From an uncultured Chloroflexia bacterium (lineage in GTDB: Bacteria > Chloroflexota > Limnocylindria > Limnocylindrales > CSP1-4): a stretch of DNA of 64,000 nucleotides. Shown piece after piece: positions 10,375-19,990 of this stretch; position 1 is the first letter of the stretch; every line of letters starts with the position of its first letter. The position numbers and the translations under genes are program-made. The stretch covers positions 3,008,001-3,072,000 of the forward strand of contig OY970218.1 in the NCBI GenBank assembly GCA_963713975.1. Reading direction: 5' to 3'. Under the pieces are notes generated by a model. The model saw only the letters and a list, made by a program, of their open reading frames with translations. It did not search any database and had not been told where the DNA came from.

Positions 10375-11231
10375 GGGAGGATCTTCTCGATGGGCAGCAC
10401 GAGGATCCCCGATGCGCCGGCCGACTTGAGCCTGGGCAGCAGGCCCCACACCTCGTCGGCCCCGACCACGGAGTGGATCGCGATCATCCCGGCGTGCGCC
10501 AGCGGGATCACCGATGGCGACTCGAGGCCCGGCAGCAAGTCCTCGAGCTCCTCGAGCCGGGCCGCCGGGGCGTTCATCATCAGGTACTTGCGTCCCCGAG
10601 CCGCGATCACGGAACCGAGCATCGTGACGATGCCATCGAGATCCGCCGGCCGCTGCCTGGTCGCGCTGGCGTTGGTCACGAGGATCGCCTCGGAGGCGAG
10701 GATGTCGCCGATCGTGCGCAGGCCGTTCATCGCCAGGGTCGAGCCGGTGGACACCAGATCCACGATGCCGTCGGCGAGCCCCAGGCGGGGCGCCACCTCA
10801 ACAGCCCCGGACAGGGAGATCACCTCAACGGGAATGCCCTGGTCGGCGAAGAACCGGCGCGTCACGTTGGGGTGCGACGTCGCCACGCGGGCACCCGCGA
10901 AATCGGCGATTGATTCGTACGGGGAGTCCGCGGGCGCAGCGGCCGCCAGGCGACAGCGGCCGTAGCCGAGCTGCCGCAGGACGGGAAGGTCGATCCCGCT
11001 CTCGGCCAGGATGTCGCCGCCCGTGATGCCCGCATCGGCAACGCGGTCGTTGACGAACTCGATGACGTCGCCGGTACGCACGAACAGGATGTCCAGCGGG
11101 TGGTTCTGGACGCGTGCGATGAGGCTGCGGTCATGCTCCTCGAACATCAGGCCGGCGTCGTGGAGCAGGGCCAGGGTCGGCTCCACCATGCGGCCCTTGT
11201 TGGGAACGGCGAGGCGCAGGCGCTCCCTCAT
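10371..11231 (-). CDS. hisG: ATP phosphoribosyltransferase (long form)
   Basis: LAVPNKGR, GAVEVAP, IVDLVSTGSTL motifs plus C-terminal regulatory domain. Confidence 0.96.
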   Translation of the reverse strand: MRERLRLAVPNKGRMVEPTLALLHDAGLMFEEHDRSLIARVQNHPLDILFVRTGDVIEFVNDRVADAGITGGDILAESGIDLPVLRQLGYGRCRLAAAAPADSPYESIADFAGARVATSHPNVTRRFFADQGIPVEVISLSGAVEVAPRLGLADGIVDLVSTGSTLAMNGLRTIGDILASEAILVTNASATRQRPADLDGIVTMLGSVIAARGRKYLMMNAPAARLEELEDLLPGLESPSVIPLAHAGMIAIHSVVGADEVWGLLPRLKSAGASGILVLPIEKILP

Positions 11232-11575
11232 GCCTCGCGACCCTTTGGGTAGGGGGTGGACCCATCCGGATCCGGGGTGGAGCCGTCGTCGTTCCTGAAC
11301 CGGTCCAGCATCTCGCGGTAGCCACCCTCGCCATGATTGAGCCAGGACGCGATCCTGGTGATGGTCGCGGTGCTCGCACCGGTCAGACGGGAGATCTCCG
11401 CGTAGTGCATCCCGGCATCGAGGAGACGCACGACCGCCCAGCGCTGGGACAGGTCGCGCAGCTCACCGAGCGTGCACAGGTCGCGCAGGAATCGCCCGGC
11501 TCCGTTCCTCGAATCGAGGCGCAGGATCGCCTCGATCAGCGCCTCGGTGTCCGGCGTCCGCCAGTCGTTGGCCAC
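11228..11575 (-). CDS. YerC/YecD family TrpR-related transcriptional regulator, probable his operon repressor
   Basis: FLRDLCTLGELRDLSQRW...YAEISRLTGASTATITRI...HGEGGY motif; GGAGG precedes the GTG at 11575 (alternative ATG at 11632); first gene of the his operon. Confidence 0.9.
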   Translation of the reverse strand: MANDWRTPDTEALIEAILRLDSRNGAGRFLRDLCTLGELRDLSQRWAVVRLLDAGMHYAEISRLTGASTATITRIASWLNHGEGGYREMLDRFRNDDGSTPDPDGSTPYPKGREA

Positions 11576-11638
11576 GTCGTGCTCGTCCTCCGCTTGGTTG
11601 CCCGAACCTGATTCCGGACTGCGTGGTGCCATGTTACC

Positions 11639-11656
11639 GTAGTAGCGTAGTAATAC
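11639..11656. promoter_or_regulatory. Putative TrpR-family operator between the divergent yerC-his operon and hisA
   Basis: GTAGTAGCGTAGTAATAC, an AT-rich imperfect 18-bp palindrome resembling the TrpR operator GTACTAGTTAACTAGTAC. Confidence 0.55.
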
Positions 11657-11673
11657 GCCAGTAGGCAGGGTTG

Positions 11674-12429
11674 GTGGACACGCCCGTCTTTGAGCTGCTC
11701 CCGGCGATCGACCTCCGCGGCGGCCGCGTCGTCCGGTTGCGCCAGGGCGATTTCGACCGCGAGACCGCGTACGGCGATGACGCGCCCGCGGTTGCCAAGG
11801 CGTTCTCTGACGCGGGCGCCACGTGGCTCCACGTGGTCGACCTCGACGGGGCCCGGGCGGGGGAGCCGCGCCAGCTGGATCTGATCGCCTCGATCGTGGC
11901 CGCGGTTCGCGACCGGGTCCGGGTGGAGGTTGGGGGCGGCCTGCGCACGCCGGCGGCCGTCGAGACCGCCCTCGAGACGGGCGCCACCAGGGCCGCCGTG
12001 GGAACGGCCGTCCTCCGGGACCCCGCGTTCGCGGCGGCGCTGGTCACCCGCCACGGCACCTCGCGCGTGGTCGCCTCCATCGACGTCCGTGGCGGGCTCG
12101 CACTGGGCGAGGGGTGGCGGGAGGGGGCGCCAGGGCTCCCGGCTGCGGAGGCGATCGCCGCCCTCGCCGCCGTCGGCGTCGAGACATTCGAGGTCACGGC
12201 CATCGACCGCGACGGCCTCCTGCGAGGCCCGGATCTGGACCTTCTGCGCTCGCTGGTCAGCCTCGATCGCGGACGGATCATCGCCTCGGGAGGCGTCTCG
12301 TCGATCGCAGACGTCCTCGCCACGAGGGCCGCCGGCTGCGCCGGCGCCATCGTCGGACGCGCGCTGTACGAGGGAGGCGTGGATCTCCGCGCGCTGGTAG
12401 CGAGCCTGGCCGGCAACGACCGGTCCTGA
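11674..12429 (+). CDS. hisA: ProFAR isomerase HisA
   Basis: LLPAIDLRGGRVVRLRQG, LHVVDLDGA, EVGGGLR, TAIDRDG, IASGG motifs. Confidence 0.94.
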   Translation: MDTPVFELLPAIDLRGGRVVRLRQGDFDRETAYGDDAPAVAKAFSDAGATWLHVVDLDGARAGEPRQLDLIASIVAAVRDRVRVEVGGGLRTPAAVETALETGATRAAVGTAVLRDPAFAAALVTRHGTSRVVASIDVRGGLALGEGWREGAPGLPAAEAIAALAAVGVETFEVTAIDRDGLLRGPDLDLLRSLVSLDRGRIIASGGVSSIADVLATRAAGCAGAIVGRALYEGGVDLRALVASLAGNDRS

Positions 12430-12457
12430 TCCGCCCGGGGCTCGCCCGTACGGTGGG

Positions 12458-14533
12458 TCAGTGGCCCTCTGCATGCTCCTTGCGGTGCGCCTCGACGATC
12501 TTCTCGGCGAGGTGTGCCGGCACGTCCTCGTAGTGGTCCAGGACCGAGGAGAACGTGCCGCGGCCGCCGGTGAGGGATCGCAGCTCCGTGGCGTAGGAGA
12601 ACAGCTCCGCCTGGGGCACGTGTGCAGTGATGACCTGCACCCCGTCTGTCATGTCCATGCCAAGCACGCGGCCGCGGCGGCCGTTGAGGTCGCGATTCAC
12701 CTCGCCCATGTACTGCTCCGGGATCCGGACGTCCACGGTCATGATCGGCTCGAGAAGCACCGGCTTCGCCTGCAGGATGCCGTCCTTGAGTGCCATCGAG
12801 GCCGCGATCTTGAACGAGAGCTCGTTGCTGTCGACCGGGTGGAAGGAGCCGTCGACGAGCGTGGCCTTGAAGTCGTCTAGCGGGTAACCGGCCAGGACGC
12901 CATCGGCAGCCGTCTCGCGGATGCCCTTCTCGACGCCGGCAAAGAAGCCCCGCGGCACGGACCCGCCGACGACCTTGTCGGCGAACACGAGGCCTGCCCC
13001 CGGGTTCGGTTCGAGCTCGATCCAGACGTCGCCGAACATCCCATGGCCGCCGGTCTGCTTCTTGTAGCGACCGTGAGCGCGGGTGGTCCCGCGGATCGTC
13101 TCGCGATACGGGACCGTCGGCGTGCGGGTGGCGATCGCAGCCCCGAACTTGCGCTTGAGCCGCTCGCAGATGACCGCGACATGGGCCTCGCCGATGGCGA
13201 ACAGGATCTGCTCGCCGGTGTCGCTGCGATCAACGCGCGCCGTGGGCTCCTCCTCCAGCATCCGCTGGAGGGCCGGTCCCATCTTGTCGAGGTCGCCCTT
13301 GGACACCGGCTCGATGGCAACCTGGAGCGTCGGGTCGGGGAACGCGATCGCTGCCAGACGAAGGCTGGCATCGCGGGACGTCAGCGTGTCGCCGGTCTCG
13401 GTCACGCCGAGCTTGGCGACGGCCCCGATCTCGCCCGCTCGGAGCTCGGATGTCGGCTCCTGTTCCTTGCCATGGAGGTAGAGCAGCTGGCCGATGCGCT
13501 CGTCGTCGCCCTTGCTGGCGTTGAAGGCGGAGCCCTGACTCTTGAGGGTGCCCGACAGCACACGCAGGTAGGTCAGCCGCCCGACGAACGGGTCGGCCGC
13601 GGTCTTGAACACCCGGACCAGGAGCTTAGAGCCGTCCGCGGGGATGGCAACGTCCTTGCCGGCCTTGTCGGACGCCGCGTACGGGCCCTCCTCCTCCGGC
13701 GAGGGCAGGTAGCGGACGATCGCATCGAGCAGGGCGACGAGGCCGATGCCCTTGGCGGCCGATGCCACCAGCACGGGGGCGAGGACGGCTTCGCGGACGC
13801 CTTTGTGCAGGCATGCGTCCAGCTCCGCGTCAGAGATCTCCTCCTCGCCGAGATACTTCTCGAAGACCGCGTCATCGGCCTCCGCGGCGGCCTCGAGCAG
13901 CTGGTCGCGTCGACGGGCAACCTCCTCGGCCATGTCCTCGGGGATCGGGATCTCGACCTCGGCACTCCCCTCGAGCCGGTAGGCCTTGCGATGGACGAGG
14001 TCGACGTAGCCGGCGAACGTGTCCGCGGCCCCGATCGCGAGGTGGAGCGGCGCGATCTTGGTGCCGAACGTCTCGCGCAGGGCGTCAAGGGCCGCGCCCG
14101 GGTCGGCATTCTCACGATCGCACTTGTTGAGGACGAAGCACGCCGCCGTGCCGGTCGCGCGACCGGTCTGCACCGCCGTCTCGAGGCCTGCCTCGACACC
14201 ACCCGACGCGTCCATCACGAACAGCGCCGCGTCGGCCGCGTGGAAGCCCTCGATCATCTCGCCAACGAAGTCCGGGTAGCCCGGCGTGTCGACGATGGTG
14301 ATCTCGTGCTCGCCGTGCTCGAACGTCCCCACCGCCAGGCTCAGGGAGCGGTTCTGCTTCTGCTCCTCGGGCTCGTAGTCCAGGTGTGCGGTGCCGTCAT
14401 CGACGCGGCCCAGGCGCGAGATCGCGCCGGCTCGAAAGAGCACCTGCTCCGCCAGTGTCGTCTTGCCGCTCCCGGCATGGCCGGCGAGCACGACGCTGCG
14501 GATGTGGGCGAGGTCGTGGCTCTTCAACGTCAT
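12458..14533 (-). CDS. Elongation factor G paralog (EF-G2-like)
   Basis: GHAGSGKTT, DTPG, NKCD GTPase motifs; KKQTGGHG and GSFHPVDS domain IV motifs; divergent switch I; not in a str operon. Confidence 0.92.
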   Translation of the reverse strand: MTLKSHDLAHIRSVVLAGHAGSGKTTLAEQVLFRAGAISRLGRVDDGTAHLDYEPEEQKQNRSLSLAVGTFEHGEHEITIVDTPGYPDFVGEMIEGFHAADAALFVMDASGGVEAGLETAVQTGRATGTAACFVLNKCDRENADPGAALDALRETFGTKIAPLHLAIGAADTFAGYVDLVHRKAYRLEGSAEVEIPIPEDMAEEVARRRDQLLEAAAEADDAVFEKYLGEEEISDAELDACLHKGVREAVLAPVLVASAAKGIGLVALLDAIVRYLPSPEEEGPYAASDKAGKDVAIPADGSKLLVRVFKTAADPFVGRLTYLRVLSGTLKSQGSAFNASKGDDERIGQLLYLHGKEQEPTSELRAGEIGAVAKLGVTETGDTLTSRDASLRLAAIAFPDPTLQVAIEPVSKGDLDKMGPALQRMLEEEPTARVDRSDTGEQILFAIGEAHVAVICERLKRKFGAAIATRTPTVPYRETIRGTTRAHGRYKKQTGGHGMFGDVWIELEPNPGAGLVFADKVVGGSVPRGFFAGVEKGIRETAADGVLAGYPLDDFKATLVDGSFHPVDSNELSFKIAASMALKDGILQAKPVLLEPIMTVDVRIPEQYMGEVNRDLNGRRGRVLGMDMTDGVQVITAHVPQAELFSYATELRSLTGGRGTFSSVLDHYEDVPAHLAEKIVEAHRKEHAEGH

Positions 14534-14702
14534 CGCGCGCGGTTCCTCTCGGTGGTTCCCCCGTGAGACCGGCTGGCCGGCCGCGACGGGACGGTGGCGC
14601 TGGTGCGCAGTTGGCGAAGTGGATCCATATTGCCGTCTGGGGACGCTCGAGTAGCGGCCGCCGGATCCGTCCTCCCGATGATAGTCGGTATACTCCCGCC
14701 CG

Positions 14703-15452
14703 ATGTCCGGACATTCCAAGTGGTCCACGATCAAGCGCCAGAAGGGCGTCAACGACGCCAAGCGCAGCGCCATGTTCACCAAGGTCGCCCGTGAGATCGC
14801 GGTCGCGGCCCGGGCCGGGGGCGGCGATCCCGACGCGAACTACCGCCTGCGCCTCGCGATGGACAAGGCCCGTTCGATCAACATGCCCGCCGAGAACATC
14901 AAGCGGGCCATCGAGAAGGCGACCGGCGGCGGGGACGAGATCCAGTACGAGGAGATCGTCTACGAGGGCTACGGCTCGGGCGGTGTCGCGGTCCTCGTCG
15001 AGGCGGCAACCGACAATCGGAACCGAACCGCCGCCGAGGTGCGCTCCATCTTCGCCAAGTCCGGGGGCCAGCTCGCCGGCTCCGGGGCTGTCGCCTGGCA
15101 ATTCGAGGCGCGCGGCCTGATCACGGTGGAGCGCGAGGGGTCCGACCCCGACGAGGTGGCCCTGGCCGCCATTGACGCCGGAGCCGACGACGTGGACGTC
15201 GAGACGGACCCGATCGAGATCTACACGGAGCCCGCGGAGCTCTTCGCCGTCCGCAAGGCGCTCGAGGACGCTGGCGTGACCGTCGAGGACGCGGAGTCCG
15301 CGATGATCGCCAAGCAGACCGTAACGCTCGATGCGGACCACGTCCGCAAGACCCTGCGCCTGGTGGACCTGCTCGAGGAGCTCGACGACGTGCAGCGCGT
15401 CACCACCAACGTGGACATCCCCGAGGAGCTGCTCGCCGAGATGGCCGGGTGA
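14703..15452 (+). CDS. yebC: YebC/PmpR family protein
   Basis: MSGHSKWSTIKRQKG, YEGYG, TDNRNRT motifs; precedes ruvC. Confidence 0.96.
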   Translation: MSGHSKWSTIKRQKGVNDAKRSAMFTKVAREIAVAARAGGGDPDANYRLRLAMDKARSINMPAENIKRAIEKATGGGDEIQYEEIVYEGYGSGGVAVLVEAATDNRNRTAAEVRSIFAKSGGQLAGSGAVAWQFEARGLITVEREGSDPDEVALAAIDAGADDVDVETDPIEIYTEPAELFAVRKALEDAGVTVEDAESAMIAKQTVTLDADHVRKTLRLVDLLEELDDVQRVTTNVDIPEELLAEMAG

Positions 15453-16087
15453 TCGTCCTCGGGATCGACCCTGGGACGGCCTCCATGGGCTACGGAATCG
15501 TCGAGCGCACGGGTGGCAGCCTGCGCGCCGTCGATTACGGTTGCCTGACCACCAGCCCGGACTCGCCGCTGCCCGACCGCCTGCACCATATCCACTCGCT
15601 GGTCGCGGAACTGATCGAGACGCATCGCCCGGACATCGTCGCGGTGGAGCGGCTGTTCTTCTCACGCAACGCGCAGAGCGCGTTCGGGGTCGGCCAGGCC
15701 CGCGGGGTCGTGCTGCTCGCGGCTGCTCAGGCGGACATCCTCGTTCGCGAGGCCACGCCCAACGAGATCAAGCTCGCAGTCACCGGCTATGGCGCCGCGG
15801 ACAAGGAGCAGGTCGCCCGGATGGTGGCGGTCATCCTGCGGCTGAGCGAGGTGCCGACGCCCGACGACGCCGCCGACGCCCTCGCGACCGCGATCTCCAT
15901 CGCGAACGCGGAGCGGCCCGGCGACCGCATCAACACGGGTTCAGGCAGCAAGGCGACCGTCCTCGATCGCTCAGCGGTGGCGCCAATCGTCCGGGGCGAG
16001 ACCCCGTACGAGCGCAGCGTGCGCGAGGCGCTTGCCAGCGAGGTGAAGGCCTCCGGCAGGCCGCGCGGCACGCGGACCTCCGGCTAG
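15449..16087 (+). CDS. ruvC: Holliday junction resolvase RuvC
   Basis: ILGIDPG-like VLGIDPG, VERLFF, GQARG, GYGAADKEQV, DDAADAL motifs; about 50-aa C-terminal extension. Confidence 0.96.
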   Translation: MIVLGIDPGTASMGYGIVERTGGSLRAVDYGCLTTSPDSPLPDRLHHIHSLVAELIETHRPDIVAVERLFFSRNAQSAFGVGQARGVVLLAAAQADILVREATPNEIKLAVTGYGAADKEQVARMVAVILRLSEVPTPDDAADALATAISIANAERPGDRINTGSGSKATVLDRSAVAPIVRGETPYERSVREALASEVKASGRPRGTRTSG

Positions 16088-16102
16088 CGGGAAGCCGCGC
16101 GC

Positions 16103-16696
16103 ATGATCGCCTCCGTTGACGGCACCGTCGGGGCCATCGCCGCCGATTCGCTGGTGATCGAGGTCGGCGGCATCGGGTACCGCGTGTTCACGGCCCCATC
16201 GGTCATCGCGGCCGCCACCAGCGGGGGGCGCCTCAAGCTGCACACCTTCCACCTCGTCCGCGAGGACCAGCAGGCCCTCTTCGGCTTCCGCACGAGCGAG
16301 GAGCTGGGCTTCTTCAACCTGCTGCTCACCGTCACTGGGGTGGGGCCCAAGGTGGCACTGGCGATCGTCGGCTCGAGGCCTGCTGTGGACCTCCAGCTGG
16401 CCATCCTTCAGCAGGACCAGGCCGTGCTGGTCTCGATCCCGGGGATCGGCAAGAAGCTCGCGGAGCGGATCATCTTCGAGCTGAAGGAGAAGGTGTCAGC
16501 CGCGGGCATCGCCGCGGGAACCTCCGCCGCCGTGTCCACCGCGTCGGAGGGCGAGGTTGTGGCCGCGCTCCAGGCCCTGGGCTACTCCCTCGGCGAGGCT
16601 CGGGAGGCGTCCCGGCTTGCCGTCGGCGACCCCACGGTTGGGGCGGGTCTCGAGGAGCGGGTCAAGGCCGCCCTCAGGACCCTCCTCCGGGACTGA
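16103..16696 (+). CDS. ruvA: Holliday junction branch migration protein RuvA
   Basis: VREDQQALFGF, VTGVGPK, IPGIGKKLAERI, ALQALGY motifs. Confidence 0.96.
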   Translation: MIASVDGTVGAIAADSLVIEVGGIGYRVFTAPSVIAAATSGGRLKLHTFHLVREDQQALFGFRTSEELGFFNLLLTVTGVGPKVALAIVGSRPAVDLQLAILQQDQAVLVSIPGIGKKLAERIIFELKEKVSAAGIAAGTSAAVSTASEGEVVAALQALGYSLGEAREASRLAVGDPTVGAGLEERVKAALRTLLRD

Positions 16697-16771
16697 GGGC
16701 TCGGCCCTCCGCCACGCTGCGAAGCCACGCCTCCGATCCGCGTGTGACTCACAGGCAGGGCCAGCAGCTTC

Positions 16772-18805
16772 CTAGAGCAGCGCGTCCCGTTCGAACGGCA
16801 CCCCGTTGAGGTGCTCGTCGAGGAACGCCAGCACCGTCCCGTACCAGAGTCGCGCGTTCTGCGGCTTGAGGATCCAGTGGTTCTCGTCGGGGAAGTACAG
16901 GAACCTGCCCGGGACCCCGTTCCGCTGCATGTCCGTCCACAGGATCAACGCCTCGGAGATCGGGACCCGGTGGTCCTTCTCCCCGTGGATGACGAGCATC
17001 GGCGTCTTCATCCGGGCCATCGCCTCGAGGTGCTCGCGCGGCGAGTTGCGGAGGTACCCTGACGGGTCCGCGTACGGATCGCCCATCTCGTGCTCCCAGG
17101 CGGGTCCGTGGTCCGTGGTGCCGTGGAAGCCCAGCAGCTCCCACAGGGAGGCATGGGTGACGATGCACCGGAACCGGTCCGTGTGCCCCGCGACCCAGTT
17201 GGCCAGGTAGCCCCCGTACGAGCCGCCCATGAGCGCCACCCGATCGTCGTCGATGTCGGGGCGGGCGAGGGCCGCGTCCACCGTGGCCATGACGTCGGTG
17301 TAGGGCGTGCCACCCCACTGGCCCCAGCCGCGGTCCACCATCGCCTGCCCGTAGCCCGTGGACAGCGCCGGATCGGGCATCAGGACGGCGAACCCTCGAT
17401 CCACGAGGACGTGGGGGTTCCAGCGCCAGTGCCACGAGTTCCACGAGCCCAGGGGTCCGCCGTGGACGAACACGACCAGCGGCGCGGGGACATCGGGCGA
17501 TGCGGTGGCCGGGCGCGCAAGCCAGGCGCCGATCGATGTCCCGTCGCCGGTGATGGCGGTGAGGTGCTCAACCACGCCCGGAGGGCGAATGCCGTGCTCG
17601 TCGGGGCCGTTGCGCAGCTCGGCGGGCGCCTGGTCCACCACGGCGGCGTCGAAGCGGACGATGCGCGGCGGGCTGCCGATGGTCGACTGGAGCGCATAGA
17701 CCGTGGCGCCGTCGGGTGACGGACAGAGGTCCGTCACCGCCCCGGCGGCGGTGAGCCGGGTGGTGCGGCCGTCCGGGAGGTCCACGCGATACGCGGAGTG
17801 CAGCCCCTCGTCGTCGGCCGAGAAGTAGAGCACCGAGGCATCGGGGCCCCAGACCAGGTGATCTGGCCAGCGGTCGGCATCGGCGGCGAGGCTTCGCTGG
17901 GCGCCCGTCGCGATGTCGATCAGGACCAGGGACACGCGGGCGGCCTGAGCCGGCGTCGCGTACGTGGTCCGGACCGCCGCGACGGACAGGCCGTCGGGTG
18001 CGATCGACGGGGCTCCGTAGGAGGCGTCGCCATGGGTGAGCTGGCGTGCGGCACCGTCGGACGTGCCGTAGAGCACCAGGTCGTCGAGGGTCTCGGGGAC
18101 GGTCGCGAAGACCCGTCGCACTGCCACGACGAACGTGCCGTCCGGGCTGATGTCGGCATCCGACTCGTCGAAGGTGAACCCCGTGACGTCCGGCTCCAGG
18201 TCGAGCGGGTCGCCGATCCGGTCCTCGCCCGCCGGAACCGTCGTCGCATAGAGCCGCCGATGACGGGGACCGAGGTAGTGGTCCCAGTGACGGATCGGAT
18301 AGTCCTCGAACAGGAGCGCCTCGACCCCGGCCTCCTTGCGGGCCTTCGTCCGATCGGCATCGCCGGCGAAATCCCGCGCGCCCCGCTGGACCTTCGCACC
18401 GAAGACGACGGCATTCACGTCGCGCGCCGTCGCGACGCCACACACGCCTCCCTCGGGCGCGGCCAGCAGGCGGGCCTCGCCGCCGACGGCCGGAAGCCCC
18501 CACAGGGCGTTGACCTTGCGGGCCGGATCGGGAGTGGCATCGGGGTCTGGCCGCATGGACTCGAACAGGAGCGTGCCATCGGAAAGGAACCCGCTGCCCG
18601 CCCCCTCGCCCTCGACCGAACGGGTCAGGCGACTCGCAGGCTTCTCGTCGGTGGGATCGACCGCCCACAGGGAGGTCGACATCTTGGTTCCGTCGGCTGC
18701 CACTCCGCCCACCGCCACGACCAGGCGGGTCCCGTCGGGACTCAGCCTGAGTGACGACAGCCGGGGGAGACGGAGCATGGTGTCGATGCTGAAGTCGCTG
18801 CTCAT
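16772..18805 (-). CDS. S9 family peptidase (beta-propeller + alpha/beta hydrolase)
   Basis: HGGP, GGSYGG nucleophile motif, [16 protein letters not shown] motifs. Confidence 0.92.
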   Translation of the reverse strand: MSSDFSIDTMLRLPRLSSLRLSPDGTRLVVAVGGVAADGTKMSTSLWAVDPTDEKPASRLTRSVEGEGAGSGFLSDGTLLFESMRPDPDATPDPARKVNALWGLPAVGGEARLLAAPEGGVCGVATARDVNAVVFGAKVQRGARDFAGDADRTKARKEAGVEALLFEDYPIRHWDHYLGPRHRRLYATTVPAGEDRIGDPLDLEPDVTGFTFDESDADISPDGTFVVAVRRVFATVPETLDDLVLYGTSDGAARQLTHGDASYGAPSIAPDGLSVAAVRTTYATPAQAARVSLVLIDIATGAQRSLAADADRWPDHLVWGPDASVLYFSADDEGLHSAYRVDLPDGRTTRLTAAGAVTDLCPSPDGATVYALQSTIGSPPRIVRFDAAVVDQAPAELRNGPDEHGIRPPGVVEHLTAITGDGTSIGAWLARPATASPDVPAPLVVFVHGGPLGSWNSWHWRWNPHVLVDRGFAVLMPDPALSTGYGQAMVDRGWGQWGGTPYTDVMATVDAALARPDIDDDRVALMGGSYGGYLANWVAGHTDRFRCIVTHASLWELLGFHGTTDHGPAWEHEMGDPYADPSGYLRNSPREHLEAMARMKTPMLVIHGEKDHRVPISEALILWTDMQRNGVPGRFLYFPDENHWILKPQNARLWYGTVLAFLDEHLNGVPFERDALL

Positions 18806-18856
18806 GGGAGCATCATCGCACCGTGGCGGGTCGATCCGGGAGCCTTCCCGTGCGAG

Positions 18857-18896
18857 TCGAACATCTGTACCATTTCCCGCCGGAACCTGCTATATT
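18857..18896 (+). promoter_or_regulatory. ruvB promoter with putative LexA box
   Basis: TCGAACATCTGTACC (GAAC-N4-GTAC) overlaps the expected -35 region; -10 TATATT at 18891-18896 lies 7 nt before the ATG. Confidence 0.65.
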
Positions 18897-18903
18897 CCGC
18901 GCA

Positions 18904-19977
18904 ATGACAGACGACGCGATGAGCCTCCTCGCGGCAACCGCCGACGACCCCGACGAGGCGGTGGTCGAGGGGTCCCTCCGGCCGCGCACCCTGGACGAGT
19001 ACATCGGCCAGCGCGAGGTCAAGGCGAGCCTCTCGGTCCTGCTGCAGGCGGCCAAGGGGCGCGGCGAGGCGGCGGACCACGTGCTGCTGTATGGCCCGCC
19101 CGGGTTGGGCAAGACGACCCTGGCCACGATCATCGCACGCGAGCTGGGCGTCAACGTGCGCTACACCAGCGGGCCCGCCATCGAGCGGGCAGGGGACCTG
19201 GCGGCCATCCTCACGGCCCTCGACGAGCGGGACGTGCTGTTCATCGACGAGATCCACCGTCTCAACCGAGCCGTCGAGGAGATCCTCTATCCCGCGATGG
19301 AGGACTACGCGCTGGACGTGATGATCGGCAAGGGTCCCAGCGCCCGGAGCCTGCGCCTCAGCCTGAAGCCATTCACCGTCGTCGGGGCCACGACCCGGGC
19401 CGGGCGGATCAGCAGCCCCCTCCGGGACCGTTTCGGCATGACCTACCGTCTCGACTTCTACGGCGAGGACGACCTGACCGCGATCGTTCGCCGGTCCGCC
19501 GGGATCCTGGGTGTCGAGGTGGACGCCGATGCGGCACGCCTGATCGCCAAACGAGGCCGCGGCACGCCGCGGATCGTGAACCGGCTCCTGCGCCGCGTCC
19601 GGGATCACGCCGAGGTCCACGGGGACGGTCGCGTCCACGTCCAGGCGGTCGTGGAGGCGATGGAGATCCTGGACATCGACGACCTCGGCCTTGACACGAC
19701 GGACCGCAAGCTCCTTGCCGCGATCATCCAGAAGTTCGGTTCGGGCCCGGTGGGCGTGCAGGCGCTGGCGGCTGTCCTGGCCGAGGAGGCGGACACCATC
19801 GAGGACGTCTACGAGCCGTTCCTGCTGCGCCTCGGATTCCTCGATCGCACCCCGCAGGGCCGGATCGCAACCGAGGCTGCCCGCGCCCATCTCGCGTCCC
19901 TGGGCTTCGAGATCCCGGCACCGCGCCGCGCGGAGCCGGACATGTCGCCCCTGTGGGACGACCCGGCGCACAGCTGA
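18904..19977 (+). CDS. ruvB: Holliday junction branch migration helicase RuvB
   Basis: [40 protein letters not shown] motifs. Confidence 0.97.
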   Translation: MTDDAMSLLAATADDPDEAVVEGSLRPRTLDEYIGQREVKASLSVLLQAAKGRGEAADHVLLYGPPGLGKTTLATIIARELGVNVRYTSGPAIERAGDLAAILTALDERDVLFIDEIHRLNRAVEEILYPAMEDYALDVMIGKGPSARSLRLSLKPFTVVGATTRAGRISSPLRDRFGMTYRLDFYGEDDLTAIVRRSAGILGVEVDADAARLIAKRGRGTPRIVNRLLRRVRDHAEVHGDGRVHVQAVVEAMEILDIDDLGLDTTDRKLLAAIIQKFGSGPVGVQALAAVLAEEADTIEDVYEPFLLRLGFLDRTPQGRIATEAARAHLASLGFEIPAPRRAEPDMSPLWDDPAHS

Positions 19978-19990
19978 GCGCCATCCGACC

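Noticed and set aside
11603-11615. CGAACCTGATTCC as a LexA box
   Set aside because: Right half-site mismatched, and the his context gives no support
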